Below are positions 1-10,675 of a stretch of DNA of 43,964 bases, one piece after another. Source of the stretch: a virus. Lineage: Duplodnaviria > Caudoviricetes. The notes beneath the pieces are model-generated. The model did not search any database, had not been told where the DNA came from, and saw only the letters and a program-made list of their open reading frames with translations. Every line of letters begins with the position of its first letter. Position 1 is the first letter of the stretch. The position numbers were made by a program, and so were the translations under genes. The DNA is taken from the IMG/VR virus record IMGVR_UViG_3300029317_000031, positions 1-43,964 of that record, one strand, 5' to 3'.

Positions 1-14
1 AACAAACACCTTAA

Positions 15-314
15 ATGACAGTGCAGTACCACTTAAGGTCTCTTGCGCAAGATGACTTAGAATCTATCTGGCTTTACACCGTCGAACATTGGGGTGTTGA
101 ACAAGCAGATACTTATCTCGAAGCACTCATTAAGCGTTTTGAATGGCTGGCTGAAAATGCCACGATGGGTAAACCACGGGATGATGTGAAGAAAGGGTAT
201 TATTGCTTTCCAGAAGGAGGGCACCTTATTTTCTATACTCTAAAAGACAAGCAAGTTGATATTATTGGCATAGCCCATCAGCGGATGGATATTGTTGAAT
301 ATTTGGGGCAATAA
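15..314 (+). CDS. ParE/RelE-family type II toxin
   Basis: 99 aa with ParE-like pattern (A..DL..IW.YT...WG..QA..Y, GH.IFY, I.H.RMD); the antitoxin would lie upstream of the window. Confidence 0.85.
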   Translation: MTVQYHLRSLAQDDLESIWLYTVEHWGVEQADTYLEALIKRFEWLAENATMGKPRDDVKKGYYCFPEGGHLIFYTLKDKQVDIIGIAHQRMDIVEYLGQ

Positions 315-446
315 CCCCTACGAAAAATTAAGAATGATATTTAACGAAATAACATCATTCATCTAAAGACTAAAATTCTAGGTGGCATTTATTCAGACCT
401 TAGTCTGGCAAGGACGCTTAGTGATACATTAAGGAAGTAAAGCGGT

Positions 447-2405
447 ATGAGTACACAATCAGTTTCAGCATTAATCTGGTCTACAGCAGACCTTCTACGC
501 GGCGATTACAAACAATCAGACTACGGTAAAATCATCTTGCCCTTCACCATGATTCGTCGTTTGGAATGCGTTTTAGAAGCCACGCGGGATGATGTGTTAC
601 AAGAGCATGAAGCCAGAAAAAGTCTTGATATACCCTTGCAGCAGTTCTTAACCCGTAAGTCGGGGCATAGCTTTTACAATACCTCTAAGTTCACCCTGGC
701 CAAGCTGATGTCTGATCCAAATAACATCAGAGAAAATCTTGATAGTTACATCAATGACTTTAGTGAAAACGCCCGTGAGATTTTTGAAAAGTACGAGTTC
801 ACCAATCAGATAGAAAAGCTGAATGAGAATGACCTGCTTTATCTCATCGTAGAAAAATTCGCCAGCTTTGACTTACACCCCGAAACCATCTCAAATCACC
901 AAATGGGTTTGCTATTTGAAGAGCTTATCCGCAAATTCGCAGAAGCTTCAAACGAAACGGCAGGGGAACATTTCACCCCAAGAGACATTGTTCGTTTAAC
1001 CACATCATTACTGTTTTCAACCGATGATGACGTGCTAACCAAGTCAGGTGTGGTTCGTAGCTTGTATGACCCTACCGCAGGCACAGGCGGCTTTTTAACC
1101 AGTGGTACAGAGTATCTACACGAATTAAACGCTGAGGCGACCCTCGTCACCTTTGGGCAAGAACTAAACCCCGAATCTTATGCTATCTGTAAAGCCGATA
1201 TGATGATTAAAGGTCAATCAGTCGATAACATTAAGTACGGCAACACCTTAAGCAATGACCAGCTAAGCAATAACAAATTTGATTACATGCTCTCTAATCC
1301 GCCGTTTGGTGTGGAATGGAAGAAAGTACAACAAACCGTAACAGACGAACATAAAGAACGTGGTTTTGATGGGCGCTTTGGTATGGGCTTACCCAGAGTG
1401 TCGGATGGATCGCTGCTTTTCTTAATGCACCTGATATCCAAAATGCGCCCGCAAGCAGAAGGCGGCAGCCGTATCGGTATTATTCTTAATGGTTCACCTT
1501 TATTCACAGGGGGCGCAGGCAGTGGCGAAAGCGAAATAAGGCGCTATGTGCTAGAAAATGATTTGGTAGAAGCCATCATCGCCATGCCGAACGACATGTT
1601 CTTTAACACCGGCATCGCCACCTATATTTGGGTGCTGAGCAACAATAAAGCAGCCGAACGAGCAGCAAAGGTACAGCTTATTAATGCCAGCAGCCTGGGG
1701 GAGTCCATGCGTAAATCGCTAGGTTCAAAACGTAAATACCTAACAGAAGAACAAATTAACAGCATCGTCCGCAGCTACGGTGAATTTGAACAAAGCAAAA
1801 CATCAAAACTGTTTGATACCACCGATTTTGGCTACAGACGCATCACCGTAGAGCGACCATTACAACTCAGCTTTTACCCGCACGATGCAGACAAGCTAGA
1901 AGCCTTTCAAAACGACAAAGCATTCACTAAGTGGAAAGCGCTAGGCTCAGAAGTGTTAACGGCATTAAAAGCCTTAGAGGCCGATAAAATACCCAGCCGT
2001 GATGATTTCAAGCAGATGTTAGCAACACAGATGGCATCAAAGCTCACCGCATCACAATTTAAACTGATTCAAAAACACCTAGCAGAACACGATGACGATG
2101 CAGCCTTGTGCAAAGATGCCAAAGGCAAATTAGAAGCCAATGCAGAATTACGTGATTATGAAAACATACCGCTAGCGCAAGACATAGCAGCATACTTTGC
2201 CAAAGAAGTGACACCGCATGTTCCCCTAGCGTGGATAGATAAAAAGAAAACAGACGCTAAAGATGGTGAAATAGGCATTGTGGGTTATGAAATACCGTTT
2301 AACCGCCATTTTTATGAATACGTACCCCCCAGACCGCTAGAAGTAATAGATGCAGAACTAGAAACCCTGAATAAGGAAATTATGGAGATGCTGCGTGAAA
2401 TATAA
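447..2405 (+). CDS. hsdM: Type I RM methyltransferase subunit
   Basis: [16 protein letters not shown] (motif I), NPPF (motif IV). Confidence 0.97.
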   Translation: MSTQSVSALIWSTADLLRGDYKQSDYGKIILPFTMIRRLECVLEATRDDVLQEHEARKSLDIPLQQFLTRKSGHSFYNTSKFTLAKLMSDPNNIRENLDSYINDFSENAREIFEKYEFTNQIEKLNENDLLYLIVEKFASFDLHPETISNHQMGLLFEELIRKFAEASNETAGEHFTPRDIVRLTTSLLFSTDDDVLTKSGVVRSLYDPTAGTGGFLTSGTEYLHELNAEATLVTFGQELNPESYAICKADMMIKGQSVDNIKYGNTLSNDQLSNNKFDYMLSNPPFGVEWKKVQQTVTDEHKERGFDGRFGMGLPRVSDGSLLFLMHLISKMRPQAEGGSRIGIILNGSPLFTGGAGSGESEIRRYVLENDLVEAIIAMPNDMFFNTGIATYIWVLSNNKAAERAAKVQLINASSLGESMRKSLGSKRKYLTEEQINSIVRSYGEFEQSKTSKLFDTTDFGYRRITVERPLQLSFYPHDADKLEAFQNDKAFTKWKALGSEVLTALKALEADKIPSRDDFKQMLATQMASKLTASQFKLIQKHLAEHDDDAALCKDAKGKLEANAELRDYENIPLAQDIAAYFAKEVTPHVPLAWIDKKKTDAKDGEIGIVGYEIPFNRHFYEYVPPRPLEVIDAELETLNKEIMEMLREI

Positions 2406-3741
2406 AGCTGAGCCAAACAGCTCTACCGTTGGTGCGCCTAGTGCCCGTAGGGTGAAACTTATGCCCCGTGGGTATAAGCAATACCCTAATTACAAGGATA
2501 GTGGTGTTGAGTGGTTGGAGGAGATTCCTGAGGGTTGGGAAGTAGCAACTATATCAAGATTATTTGATATCAAAGCAGGAGGAGATTTAAAAAAGGAGTT
2601 TTTTTCAGAAACGTTAACGGATAAATGTTGTTATCCAATATATACAAATATTACTAAAACAAAATTACCTTACGGCTATACAAGTAAAGCAATTTTTAAC
2701 AAAAATACAATAACGGTAACAGGGCGTGGAGATGTAGGTTATGCGGTTTATAGAGAATCTGAATATGATGCAATAATACGATTGTTAGTTCTTTCACCAA
2801 AAAACTCAGAACCATGTAAGTACTTTATGTATTACATCAATGAGGTTCTTGAGTTCCAAGTTGCGAAAACTGCAATTAGTCAACTTTCGACAGAACAAAT
2901 ATCACCATATAGATTAACTGTACCACCCCTCCAAGAACAAAAATCCATAGCCAACTACCTAGACAAAGCCATCGCTAAAATCGACACCCTAATCGAAAAA
3001 CAAACCAAACTCATTGAGTTGCTCAAAGAAAAGCGCCAAGCGGTTATCTCATCAGCCGTCACGCGTGGTCTTGATGCTTCTGTTCCCATGAAAGATAGCG
3101 GTGTTGAATGGTTGGGGGAGATTCCTGAGCATTGGGTTGCAAGTAGATTGAAGCATCTTACAAAGCAAATTATAGATGGCGCGCATTTCACACCAACATA
3201 TGTTGATAATGGAGTGCCTTTTTTAAGAGTTACTGATTTACATAATGAGGTTATTGATTTAAGTAAAGTTAAATTTATTCCACTAAGTGAACACAAAGAA
3301 TTAATAAAAAGATGTAACCCTCAAAAAGGAGATTTACTACTATCCAAAAATGGAACGATAGGACTTACAAAGATTGTAACTTGGGATTGGGAGTTTAGTG
3401 TTTTCGTCAGCTTATGTTTAATTAAGTTTTTACAAGATAAAATGTTACCTGAGTTCTTTATGTTTATTTTTCAAAGCAGCGGAATTGAAGAGCAACTCTC
3501 TCATAGTAGTAAGAAAACATCGGTTACAAATTTACATTTAGATAAGATTAATGCGCTCTATTTTTCTGTACCACCTGTAAAAGAACAACGAGAAATAGTT
3601 TCAAATCTAAAAAAATCATCTTTAAAATTTGAAAGTCTAATCACCAAATCAACTCAAGCCATATCCCTATTAAAAGAAAAACGCACCGCCCTAATCAGCG
3701 CCTGTGTCACAGGCAAAATTGACGTAAGGGATGCCGCATGA
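2395..3741 (+). CDS. hsdS: Type I RM specificity subunit
   Basis: Two conserved [13 protein letters not shown] blocks and PP..EQ motifs flanking two AT-rich TRDs; ends in GKIDV. Confidence 0.95.
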   Translation: MKYKAEPNSSTVGAPSARRVKLMPRGYKQYPNYKDSGVEWLEEIPEGWEVATISRLFDIKAGGDLKKEFFSETLTDKCCYPIYTNITKTKLPYGYTSKAIFNKNTITVTGRGDVGYAVYRESEYDAIIRLLVLSPKNSEPCKYFMYYINEVLEFQVAKTAISQLSTEQISPYRLTVPPLQEQKSIANYLDKAIAKIDTLIEKQTKLIELLKEKRQAVISSAVTRGLDASVPMKDSGVEWLGEIPEHWVASRLKHLTKQIIDGAHFTPTYVDNGVPFLRVTDLHNEVIDLSKVKFIPLSEHKELIKRCNPQKGDLLLSKNGTIGLTKIVTWDWEFSVFVSLCLIKFLQDKMLPEFFMFIFQSSGIEEQLSHSSKKTSVTNLHLDKINALYFSVPPVKEQREIVSNLKKSSLKFESLITKSTQAISLLKEKRTALISACVTGKIDVRDAA

Positions 3742-4763
3742 AACCGTCTGTCAACAAGGCTTTATTAGCTAATATTAAAGCCCTGTTAGCGGAGGCGCGG
3801 CAAAACTTACAGCAGTCTATCAACACCACTATGGTGCAGAGCTATTGGCATGTTGGGCGCTTGATTGTAGAGGATGAGCAACAGGGCAAGGCACGGGCGG
3901 CGTATGGTAAACAACAACTGGCGCAGCTGGCTGAAGTGCTCAGTGATGAGTTTGGCAAGGGATTTGATGCGAGAAACTTGCGAAATATGCGGCAGTTTTA
4001 CCAAACTTTTCCAATTTGGAACGCGGTGCGTACCGAATTGAGCTGGACGCATTACCGACGTTTAATCAGAATAGAAAACCAACAGGCAAGGGAATGGTAT
4101 ATCAGCGAAAGCATCGCCAATCATTGGAGTGCTAGAGCCTTAGATAGGCAGGTTAGTAAGCTTTATTATGAGCGCTTGCTTTCCAGTAAAGAAAAAGCGC
4201 CCTTGCAGCAAGAGGCGGCAGAAAAATCCCTCGCGCTTCAGGTCGATACCAAGGATGTTTTAAGAGACCCTTATATTTTTGATTTCTTAAACCTACCCGG
4301 CCAAACCTTGTTTGAATCGGATATAGAGCAATCGCTGATTGATAATCTTCAGCAATTTCTATTAGAACTGGGCAGGGGCTTTGCTTTTGTTTCCAGACAG
4401 CAACGGCTGCAGGTAGAGGAGCAAGACTTTTATATCGACTTGGTGTTTTATAATTTCAAGCTCAAATGCTTTCTGCTGATTGATTTAAAACTGGGTAAGC
4501 TGAGCCATCAAGACGTGGGGCAGATGGACACCTATGTGCGTGTTTATGATGCGTTTCATAAGGGTGAAGATGATAACCCGACCATTGGGCTTATCCTTTG
4601 TAGTGAGAAGTCTGAAGCGGTGGCAAAATACAGTGTTTTAAGTGATTCTAAACAGCTGTTTAGCTCAAAGTATCTGCCCTTTTTACCCACAGAAGATGAG
4701 TTGCGATTAGAGCTTCTTAGAGAAAGACGGTTAATTTTAGAGAATAGTGGAGAGGGTGAATGA
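3738..4763 (+). CDS. YhcG/DUF1016-family PD-(D/E)XK nuclease domain protein
   Basis: LSWTHY, RDPY.FDFL, FLLELG.GFAF, IDLVFY, IDLK, GQM..Y, PTIGLILC motifs. Confidence 0.92.
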   Translation: MKPSVNKALLANIKALLAEARQNLQQSINTTMVQSYWHVGRLIVEDEQQGKARAAYGKQQLAQLAEVLSDEFGKGFDARNLRNMRQFYQTFPIWNAVRTELSWTHYRRLIRIENQQAREWYISESIANHWSARALDRQVSKLYYERLLSSKEKAPLQQEAAEKSLALQVDTKDVLRDPYIFDFLNLPGQTLFESDIEQSLIDNLQQFLLELGRGFAFVSRQQRLQVEEQDFYIDLVFYNFKLKCFLLIDLKLGKLSHQDVGQMDTYVRVYDAFHKGEDDNPTIGLILCSEKSEAVAKYSVLSDSKQLFSSKYLPFLPTEDELRLELLRERRLILENSGEGE

Positions 4764-7700
4764 GTACCTTAGATAAACATAAGGAAAATGTATTTGAGTC
4801 TGAAATTGTTTCGTACTTAACATCAGCTCAATGGCTTGAAGGCACATCGCAAGGTTATGAGAAAGAGCTGGCGTTATACCCCGAAGATTTAATCAGCTAC
4901 GTTAAAGCCACATCCCCACAAGCTTACGAGAAAATGCAAAAGCGTGAAGGCGCTAAAACCGATGAGGTACTGTGTAAGCATGTGGCTAAAGAGATGGACA
5001 AACACGGTTCACTGCATTTTTTAAGAAAAGAAGTGAAGTACATTGGTAGCAAATTCAAACTTTGCCAATTTAAACCCGAACTGCATAACCCTGATACCCA
5101 AGCCAAGTACGATGCCAATATTTTAAGAGTGGTTCGGCAGGTTTATTATTCCACCCAGAACAAAAAAAGCATTGATATTGTGCTGTTCTTAAATGGCTTG
5201 CCTATTGCCACTTTAGAGATTAAAACGGATTTCACCCAGAACGTACAAGACGCGATTAAACAGTACAAGCACGACAGACCACCCAAAGGCGAGCCGTTAC
5301 TCTCATTCAATACGCGGGCCTTGGTTCATTTTGCGGTGAGTAATGATGAAGTGTATATGACCACCAAGTTAGCCGGTGCTAATACCTTCTTTTTGCCGTT
5401 TAATAAAGGTAAAGCGGATGGTAGTGCGGGTAATCCACCGAACCCTAATGGCTATGCCACGGCATACCTTTGGGAAGATGTGTTGCAAAAGGATTCGTTG
5501 CTTAATATTCTGGCAAGGTATATTCACCTTGAAACGAAAGAGGTTGAAGACCATCAAGGCAGGAAGAGTAAAAAAGAAACGCTGATTTTTCCACGCTATC
5601 ATCAGTTAGATGTGGTTCGCAGTTTATTGCTGGACACTAAGGCCAAAGGTGCGGGTCATCATTACCTTATTCAACACAGTGCGGGTAGCGGCAAAAGTAA
5701 TTCAATTGCCTGGTTGTCGCATCAGTTATCTTCTTTGCACAGTGATGCAGAAGAGGCTATTTTTAACTCGGTTATTGTCATCACCGATAGAACGGTATTA
5801 GACAATCAATTACAGGAAACTATCTCTAGCTTCGAGCATAAAGATGGTGTGGTGGTGGGCATTAGCCGCGAGGGCAGTAATGAATCTAAATCCTCTCAAT
5901 TAGCCGATGCATTAGAGCGTGGTGCAAAGATCATCATCACCACTATTCAGACCTTCCCGTTTGTATTAGAAGCCATACAAAAACGTACCACGTTAAAGAA
6001 CAACAGCTATGCCATTATTGCGGATGAGGCGCATTCATCACAAACAGGCTCCAGTGCTAAAAAATTACGCGATGTGCTAACAGCAGAGCAAATAGAAGAA
6101 GGGGTTGAGGTCAGCGCAGAAGATATTATTACCGCTGCCATTGAGTCGCGTAGTGCTAGCAGTAGTTTGAGTTTTTATGCGTTTACCGCAACACCTAAAA
6201 CAAAAACCTTAGAAATGTTTGGTGTGTTACCAGACCCAACACAAGCGCCCTCAAAAGATAATAAGCCTGAAGCATTCCATTTATACACCATGAAACAAGC
6301 CATAGAAGAAGGCTTTATTTTAGATGTATTGCACGGTTATACGACCTATAAGCTGTACTACAAGCTTGCACACAGTGATGTAAGCAGGGATGAAGAAGTT
6401 GAAAGCAAGCGCGCCAAGGTAAAAGTTGCTAAGTGGTTAAATATTCACCCGCATAATATTTCACAGAAAATAGAGATTATTTGCGGGCATTTTAGAACCC
6501 ATGTGGCGCATCTTTTAGAGGGCCAAGCAAAAGCAATGGTGGTGACATCTAGCAGACAGGCGGCGGTTCGTTATAAGTTAAAGTTTGATGCGTACATTAA
6601 AGAGCATGGCATAGAGGAACAAATGCAAGCAATGGTGGCGTTTTCCGGCAAGATTGAAGATGACATTGAGGGCGCTAAAAAAGAATATACCGAAGCGAAT
6701 ATGAACCCTAATTTGAACGGCAGGGAAATGCGTAAGGCTTTTGATAGCAATGACTATCAAGTGATGTTGGTGGCGAATAAGTTTCAAACGGGGTTCGACC
6801 AACCTAAGCTATGCGCCATGTATGTTGATAAAAAGCTAGGCGGTGTGGATTGCGTGCAAACCTTATCAAGGTTGAACCGTACTTATTCAGGCAAAAACCA
6901 AACCTTCATTATAGATTTCTTTAATGACACGGCAGATATTAAGGAAGCATTTGAGCCTTACTACAACACCACAGAAATTGAGGACGTAACCGACCCTAAT
7001 ATTGTTTATGAGATGCAAACCAAGCTTGAGTCGAATTCCATATTTACCCAAACAGAGATAGAAAGCTACGCCAACGCATTCTTTAGACCGAAAGGCATGC
7101 AAAAGGCGATGAGCAGCGCCTTAAAGCCAGCGCTTGACCGTTATAAAGGGCGTTACAAGAGAGCGTTGGAGCGAATCAAGAATGTTAAAGAGCAGCTGAA
7201 ATATGCTAAAGAAGCGAATAACGATAAAGAGATTCATAACTTAACGCTAGCGCTGAAAGAAGCCAATGAAGATAAAAACTCATTAGATATATTCAAGAAA
7301 GACATGATTACCTTTGTGCGCATGTATGAATTTTTATCCCAAATTGTTGACTACGCGGATGAGGAACTGTTGAAACTTGCCGCGTTTATTAAAGGGCTGA
7401 TCCCTAATTTGAAAACTTCTGATGAGAAAGACCCGATTGATATTTCATTGATTGAGTTAAGCCATTACAAGCTTAATAAACAACAAACAGAGAATATTTA
7501 TTTAGTAGGTGAGGATGCGCCATTATATGGCAGTGGTAGCGGCGGTGGAGCGACACCTAAAGACCCTGAGAAAGAATTGCTTTCCGCTATTGTGGGTGAG
7601 ATGAACTTATTGTCTGATGGTGAGCTGAGTGATGGTGATGTGTTGAACTACTTCCGAACCATTACCGACAAGGTTAGGGAAAACAAGAAGGCTGTGCTGC

Positions 7701-7903
7701 GAGTAGCGAACAACACCAAAGAGCAAGCGATGATGGGTGGGCTTGCTGATGCGGTTGATGGTGCTGTTACGGATAGCTTTGATGCACATCAAAAGCTAGC
7801 TATGAAAGTGTTGAGTGACGACAGAATTAAGAAAATCTTGGCGGATTATGTTTATGGGGAAATTGCTAAGGGTTTGAAGGCTGAAGCAAATAATTATATA
7901 TAA
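4760..7903 (+). CDS. hsdR: Type I RM restriction subunit
   Basis: DIVLFLNGLPIATLEIK nuclease motif, HSAGSGKS Walker A, DEAH box, FTATP, QTGFDQP. Confidence 0.96.
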   Translation: MSTLDKHKENVFESEIVSYLTSAQWLEGTSQGYEKELALYPEDLISYVKATSPQAYEKMQKREGAKTDEVLCKHVAKEMDKHGSLHFLRKEVKYIGSKFKLCQFKPELHNPDTQAKYDANILRVVRQVYYSTQNKKSIDIVLFLNGLPIATLEIKTDFTQNVQDAIKQYKHDRPPKGEPLLSFNTRALVHFAVSNDEVYMTTKLAGANTFFLPFNKGKADGSAGNPPNPNGYATAYLWEDVLQKDSLLNILARYIHLETKEVEDHQGRKSKKETLIFPRYHQLDVVRSLLLDTKAKGAGHHYLIQHSAGSGKSNSIAWLSHQLSSLHSDAEEAIFNSVIVITDRTVLDNQLQETISSFEHKDGVVVGISREGSNESKSSQLADALERGAKIIITTIQTFPFVLEAIQKRTTLKNNSYAIIADEAHSSQTGSSAKKLRDVLTAEQIEEGVEVSAEDIITAAIESRSASSSLSFYAFTATPKTKTLEMFGVLPDPTQAPSKDNKPEAFHLYTMKQAIEEGFILDVLHGYTTYKLYYKLAHSDVSRDEEVESKRAKVKVAKWLNIHPHNISQKIEIICGHFRTHVAHLLEGQAKAMVVTSSRQAAVRYKLKFDAYIKEHGIEEQMQAMVAFSGKIEDDIEGAKKEYTEANMNPNLNGREMRKAFDSNDYQVMLVANKFQTGFDQPKLCAMYVDKKLGGVDCVQTLSRLNRTYSGKNQTFIIDFFNDTADIKEAFEPYYNTTEIEDVTDPNIVYEMQTKLESNSIFTQTEIESYANAFFRPKGMQKAMSSALKPALDRYKGRYKRALERIKNVKEQLKYAKEANNDKEIHNLTLALKEANEDKNSLDIFKKDMITFVRMYEFLSQIVDYADEELLKLAAFIKGLIPNLKTSDEKDPIDISLIELSHYKLNKQQTENIYLVGEDAPLYGSGSGGGATPKDPEKELLSAIVGEMNLLSDGELSDGDVLNYFRTITDKVRENKKAVLRVANNTKEQAMMGGLADAVDGAVTDSFDAHQKLAMKVLSDDRIKKILADYVYGEIAKGLKAEANNYI

Positions 7904-7946
7904 ATAGGGAAGGACTAGTCTCTTGGTTTTTAAGAGACTGGTTAGA

Positions 7947-8060
7947 GTAGGTTGGGCTGAAGCATGAAGCCCAACAAACTAGACCAAACATATGATGGAT
8001 ATAAAATAATATATTTACGGTGTTGGGCTGGGCTTGAAAAGCGCAGCCCAACCCAACTTA
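7947..8060. repeat. GTAG-family REP-like doublet (REPIN-like)
   Basis: GTAGGTTGGGCT...AGCCCAAC (7947-7975) and a degenerate inverted partner TGTTGGGCTG...CAGCCCAACCCAACTTA (8021-8060). Confidence 0.55.
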
Positions 8061-8110
8061 TGGAGTATTGTATATAGGTGAACTCAATCTTTATACATTC
8101 CACAAGCAAT

Positions 8111-8142
8111 AAAAAACCCCATCACGACGTGATGAGGTTTTT
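8111..8142 (-). terminator. Rho-independent terminator after the displaced ssrA 3' end
   Basis: Minus strand AAAAACCTCATCACGTCGTGATGGGGTTTTTT, immediately after the duplicated CCA end. Confidence 0.8.
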
Positions 8143-8144
8143 AA

Positions 8145-8174
8145 AAGTGGTGGAGACGGCGGGAATCGAACCCG
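8145..8174. repeat. Prophage att core, left copy (duplicated tmRNA 3' end)
   Basis: AAGTGGTGGAGACGGCGGGAATCGAACCCG is identical to 43838-43867. Confidence 0.96.
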
Positions 8175-8210
8175 ATCACCCTGTTTTGTTTATTCGTTGA
8201 ATCCCTTTTA

Positions 8211-8223
8211 TATCAAGTCGTTA
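8211..8223 (+). promoter_or_regulatory. IHF consensus site in att arm (a second at 43826-43838)
   Basis: TATCAAGTCGTTA and TATCAAGGGTTTA both fit WATCAANNNNTTR; nearby GGGTTGT/ACAACC repeats may be integrase arm sites. Confidence 0.55.
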
Positions 8224-8344
8224 GCTTTTATTGTGATTTCGTAGAAGGGTTGTTTTGGGTTGTATTGGGGTTGTTCAACAACCCGTTTGCAACCCGCGTT
8301 TAAATTCGTGGTGCGGGTTTGGGAACTGAACTGGCGTCCGTAAA

Positions 8345-9328
8345 TTACTCTAGTGGGCCATATTTGATGGCATCGGCCAGGTGATCGGGGGCTAGGTGGG
8401 CATATTTCAGGGTTGTGTGTATATCGGCGTGGCCTAATATCTTTTGCAGGGTCAGAATGTTTCCCCCCTGGATAACAAAGTGGCTGGCGAATGAGTGCCG
8501 GAGGATGTGCGAGTTCTGGCCGCTGGGCAGTTGAATGCCGGTTCTTATAACGGCACGCCGGAATGCCCCAATGCAGTTAGTAAACACTCGCTCTGAGGGG
8601 TTTTTTTTATCAATAAACGCCAGCAGCATCTTATTGAACGAATCACTGAGCGGAACGGTACGTATTTTCTTGGATTTGGTTTTCACAAACGTAATCTTCC
8701 CATCGTGAATTTGCTGAAACGTCAGATTTTCCGCTTCCCCCCACCTAGCCCCAGTGCGCACGCATATTTGCGCGACAAACCACGTGGATTTATTCATGCA
8801 GCGCTCATCGATATCCGCCATTAGGGTATTAATCTGCTGTTTCGATAAATACGTTAACTGGCGCTCTTGAATCTTAACGAACTCAACTCCCGCAATCGGG
8901 TTGCTGTAACTAATCACCTTAAGCTTTATCAGCTTATTAAACATTGCAGACAGGTAACCGTGGTGGTTATTGAATGTTTTAGCCGTTAGCCCCGCATTAA
9001 TGCGTGAATAACGGTATTCCACCAACTGCTCAGCGCTTAGCGTGCAGGCTTGTGGGTTACCCAAGTCATTGGCCATGGCCTGCAAAATATCTCGCGTGCG
9101 AACATTGTCAGATAAATTGATTCCGTGGTACTTGTACCAAAGATTAATTAACTCACGTAGCGTGCGTGGATCGGTCACCGCATCTTGGGTGGCTTTCATC
9201 ATCGCCAGCGTTTCACGGTTGAAGATATTCGCCACATCCTCATCCGTGAACAATCGGCGAACCCGCTTAAAGCCTTTTTTTTGAATCAAGCACAGCCATT
9301 TACCGCCTTTCTGTTGTTTAACAGTCAC
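8345..9328 (-). CDS. int: Phage tyrosine integrase (P2/HP1 type)
   Basis: TGARWGE, TKSKK, HILRHSFASHF, LGH and Y catalytic residues; next to att. Confidence 0.96.
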   Translation of the reverse strand: MTVKQQKGGKWLCLIQKKGFKRVRRLFTDEDVANIFNRETLAMMKATQDAVTDPRTLRELINLWYKYHGINLSDNVRTRDILQAMANDLGNPQACTLSAEQLVEYRYSRINAGLTAKTFNNHHGYLSAMFNKLIKLKVISYSNPIAGVEFVKIQERQLTYLSKQQINTLMADIDERCMNKSTWFVAQICVRTGARWGEAENLTFQQIHDGKITFVKTKSKKIRTVPLSDSFNKMLLAFIDKKNPSERVFTNCIGAFRRAVIRTGIQLPSGQNSHILRHSFASHFVIQGGNILTLQKILGHADIHTTLKYAHLAPDHLADAIKYGPLE

Positions 9329-9371
9329 TTATAAGTACAAGTTAAGGTTGTTAGGTAGAGTGATCCCAGCC

Positions 9372-9748
9372 GGACGGGGTGGGGTCGGGAAAGGTGTAAT
9401 AAATGTAATGCTATTAATCAAGTTGATAATTCCTTTTATGATTCAATTGCTTGGAGTGGTTTCTAGGGTGTTTGTAGGTGTAATTTATATGTAATAAACA
9501 GGTAATTTAATTACACTAAATAGTTACTAATAAATTACATAAAATTACAGGCTCGAAAACAGGCCGCCAAGCCTTTAAACATATACCTTTCCGCTATCTT
9601 TCTTTAAAAGGTTGATTACATAAAATTACTAAAAAATTACACTGGCTGGCAGGTGAAAAACCTCGGCAGATGATTGATTTAAAACAAAAAAATACCGGTC
9701 GCGGGGAAAGGTTACAGAAATTACACTTTTCCCGACCCCACCCCGTCC
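9372..9748. repeat. 29-bp inverted repeats enclosing an AT-rich GTAAT/ATTAC-rich region (candidate replication origin)
   Basis: 9372-9400 versus 9720-9748 match at 28/29 as reverse complements. Confidence 0.75.
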
Positions 9749-9750
9749 CG

Positions 9751-9972
9751 TTATAGCGACAGGGTGCCTTTTTTAACTTGATCCAGCACAAACGGCTGCG
9801 CCAATTTGTATAAATCGAGGTAGGAATAATCCACACCCGGTACGGCGCCCGATTGGCACATCGACTGCTCAATCATCTGTGCCACCAGCATGAAATTATC
9901 CTGAAAGTTGTTGCCATCGGTGTGTTCAAAATCACTGATTAAGGGGGCCGGTTCGCTCATCTGGTTATCCAT
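9751..9972 (-). CDS. Hypothetical protein coupled to the repressor gene
   Basis: 73 aa ORF whose start overlaps the repressor stop. Confidence 0.6.
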   Translation of the reverse strand: MDNQMSEPAPLISDFEHTDGNNFQDNFMLVAQMIEQSMCQSGAVPGVDYSYLDLYKLAQPFVLDQVKKGTLSL

Positions 9973-10421
9973 TATTGAAGTTTATTGCGCAGCTCAATTT
10001 CAAGCCATGCCTGCTCATCATCCGTGGCGTGCTGCATCCAGCCATCAATCGTTGCGTGCATGCGTGATAAACGATCGCTATTAACACTATAAATAGCGTG
10101 TTGCTCTGCGATCTTGTTCGATTCAGCGATAAACATCGTGCCAACACCGGAAATCAACCAATCTATTGAAACACCATAAATTTGGTGAACCTTGCGCATT
10201 AATTGCGCCCCGGTGGGCTTATCTTGATAAATCGCATAAGTGATTGTTCGGGCTGACACGCCTGTTTCCCTAGCAATATCATCAGGTTGCAGTTGAAGAG
10301 TGGCGAATAGCTCCAGCAAGCGAGTTATCTCACCTGATTTTTGCTTGTTACGCGTGTTTTTTGGTGTTATCGTATTTTTCGTATTCATCGTATTCACTAT
10401 ATCAGGTTGATTAAATGACAA
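9972..10421 (-). CDS. CI-like XRE HTH repressor (true start probably downstream of 10421)
   Basis: IARETGVSARTI HTH and GVSIDWLISGVG motif; divergent from the early operon. Confidence 0.8.
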   Translation of the reverse strand: MSFNQPDIVNTMNTKNTITPKNTRNKQKSGEITRLLELFATLQLQPDDIARETGVSARTITYAIYQDKPTGAQLMRKVHQIYGVSIDWLISGVGTMFIAESNKIAEQHAIYSVNSDRLSRMHATIDGWMQHATDDEQAWLEIELRNKLQ

Positions 10422-10615
10422 GTAAAAAAACAGTTCCCAAAAAGGCCCCGCGTTCCCCCATTACATTCCGCATTAGCCCCGTTATAAAACAACGGCTTAT
10501 TGAGATATCGGTCAAACAAAACATTGACCCATCCGACGTCTATCGGGCGGCGTTCAACGAAGGTCTCAAGCAGCTTCATGGCTATCAAATACAAGGCAAT
10601 AAGTTAGTTGAATAA
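10415..10615 (+). CDS. Small DNA-binding protein in the Cox/Cro position (possibly ribbon-helix-helix)
   Basis: PITFRISP..KQRL.....SDVYR pattern; first gene of the divergent operon. Confidence 0.55.
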   Translation: MTSKKTVPKKAPRSPITFRISPVIKQRLIEISVKQNIDPSDVYRAAFNEGLKQLHGYQIQGNKLVE

Positions 10616-10675
10616 GCCATGTGACCAGTATCGCCAACATTCATTCACCTGAAAATTGGTTAAAACACCATAAAC

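Noticed and set aside
2491-3130. hsdS shufflon
   Set aside because: The similar blocks are the normal direct conserved regions of one hsdS; no silent TRDs or recombinase
8148-8174. tRNA gene
   Set aside because: Only the T-arm and acceptor 3' fragment is present; it is the att duplication of ssrA
8345-9328. Integron integrase IntI
   Set aside because: Motifs and position fit a P2/HP1 phage integrase; I see no IntI-specific insertion, though an HMM check would be decisive
9594-9872. 92-aa minus-strand ORF and the many short ORFs overlapping major genes
   Set aside because: Shadow frames of well-supported genes or repeat DNA, without recognisable motifs
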